Shown here: piece after piece, positions 63,168 to 64,000 of the stretch
Numbering within the stretch: position 1 is the first letter of the stretch
Layout of the letters: each line of letters starts with the position of its first letter
Notes under the pieces: generated by a model
What the model saw: the letters and a program-made list of their open reading frames with translations, nothing else
Told to the model about the DNA's origin: nothing
The model's database searches: none
Program-made: the position numbers and the translations under genes
DNA from: Candidatus Altimarinota bacterium
Lineage (GTDB): Bacteria; Patescibacteriota; Gracilibacteria; CAIRYL01
Assembly: GCA_041739085.1 (NCBI GenBank)
Contig: JBGSON010000014.1
Coordinates: 13,410-77,409, forward strand
Length of the DNA stretch: 64,000 bases
Direction of reading: 5' to 3'

Positions 63168-63224
63168 GGATGGTCATACTATACTGATGCATGAAGAGTA
63201 TATCGAAGAGAATTAAATAATCCT

Positions 63225-64000
63225 ATGACCTCTCTCCAGGAAATCATCAGCCACAAAAGAAAGGAAGTGGAAGAAAGAAAGAATAGGTATTTCCGGGAAC
63301 GGAAAACATTTGCTGTAAAAAATGCGCGGACAGGGAACCGTTTCCTGAAAGCCTTGAATATGAAGCATCCCGCCCCAAAGATCATTGCGGAGATCAAGCC
63401 TTCATCACCATCTTCTGGTTCGCTCTTCCGGGAAGGAGATTCCGTTGAGTCGATCGCCGCTCTCTATTCTTCCTTTGGCGTTTCAGCGATCTCGGTTCTT
63501 ACGGATGAACGATTCTTTGGAGGGTCTCTTTCCAACCTCAGAGAAACCAAGGTCCACGCGAAACATATTCCTCTCCTCATGAAGGATTTTCTCGTGGATG
63601 AGATCCAGATCTATGAAGCCCGTGAATACGGAGCAGATGCAGTCCTTCTCATGAAGAGCGTTCTTAGTCTACGGGAGATCGAACATTTTCTTTCCGTCTC
63701 GAGGGAACTCGGACTCGATGCGATCGTCGAGGTCCATGATGAAAAAGAGCTCCAGGACATTTGCGAGTATACTTCCGCTGCGATCATCGGGATCAACAAC
63801 CGCGATCTCAGCACATTCGAGATCGTCCCTCATGCATACCGGGATCTTTCCATGACAATCCCTGAAGAACGGAGAAAACATCTCGTGCTCATCGCGGAGA
63901 GCGGATACGGATCGCGGGAGGATATCCGGAAAAATGCTCCCGGAGCGGATGCCGTCCTCATCGGATCATCGATTCTGACTTCCTCCGAAAGAGCAAAGAC
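63225..64000 (+). CDS. trpC: indole-3-glycerol phosphate synthase (partial; runs off the window end)
   Basis: Absent from the ORF track because it has no stop in the window. My translation is MTSLQEIISHKRKEVEE..IIAEIKPSSPSSG..SVLTDERFFGGS..LLMKDFLVDEIQIYEAREYGADAVLL..IGINNRDLSTFE. Confidence 0.85.
   Translation, partial: MTSLQEIISHKRKEVEERKNRYFRERKTFAVKNARTGNRFLKALNMKHPAPKIIAEIKPSSPSSGSLFREGDSVESIAALYSSFGVSAISVLTDERFFGGSLSNLRETKVHAKHIPLLMKDFLVDEIQIYEAREYGADAVLLMKSVLSLREIEHFLSVSRELGLDAIVEVHDEKELQDICEYTSAAIIGINNRDLSTFEIVPHAYRDLSMTIPEERRKHLVLIAESGYGSREDIRKNAPGADAVLIGSSILTSSERAK

Noticed and set aside
1-64000. Alternative genetic code, such as UGA recoding in Gracilibacteria/Absconditabacteria or general TAA/TAG reassignment.
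   Set aside because: Well-recognised genes terminate at their expected ends with all three stops. Examples are TGA for the ZIP transporter, the flavoprotein and nnrE; TAA for infB, cca and the RRM protein; TAG for TrmB. I saw no in-frame TGA inside conserved genes. The three in-frame TAA/TAG cases are reported as local anomalies instead.
1-64000. CRISPR arrays or rRNA genes.
   Set aside because: No spaced identical repeats of 24-40 nt were seen. The only tandem repeats are the short ones at 16595-16626, 16744-16771 and 26964-27030. No rRNA-like conserved stretches were seen.

Overview
This 64 kb window is gene-dense (about 90% coding) with mid-range GC and long co-directional minus-strand gene blocks. 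It uses the standard bacterial code: TAA, TAG and TGA all terminate well-recognised genes. The content looks like a reduced-genome, Patescibacteria/CPR-like bacterium, but that placement is inference. The supporting signs are T4SS-type pilins, VirB4- and TraD/VirD4-like ATPases interleaved with housekeeping genes, an RRM RNA-binding protein, a TrmB regulator, isolated biosynthetic genes and several large orphan ORFs.

Recognisable housekeeping genes are infB, alaS, frr, pyrH, rseP, rplS, secD, rnhA, hrcA, grpE, trxA, ispH, uppS, arcC, cca, nadE, ribH, bcp, maf, trpC, rarA, yggS and tRNA-Ser(CGA).

**Most interesting points:**
- **Giant-ORF locus (3.1-12.0 kb).** Two giant orphan ORFs converge on each other. 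Their C-terminal ~200-270 aa are clearly paralogous, and a 396-aa disordered acidic/proline-rich protein lies between them. I cannot assign any of the three to a known family.
- **Low-GC island (30.8-32.1 kb).** Two genes at about 30-35% GC sit next to a dense cluster of palindromes and a T4SS pilin pair. One of those pilins is an internal tandem duplication.
- **In-frame stop codons.** infB is split by an in-frame TAA. A small membrane-protein gene stays protein-like across in-frame TAG and TAA stops.
- **Gene-free stretch (42.5-43.4 kb).** About 0.9 kb of hairpin-rich sequence lies downstream of grpE, where dnaK would normally sit.
- **Orphan 934-aa ORF (34.8-37.6 kb).** It is wedged into the pyrH-frr-rseP block.

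I found no CRISPR array, transposase, integrase or rRNA. All domain calls come from motif recognition by eye, not from searches.
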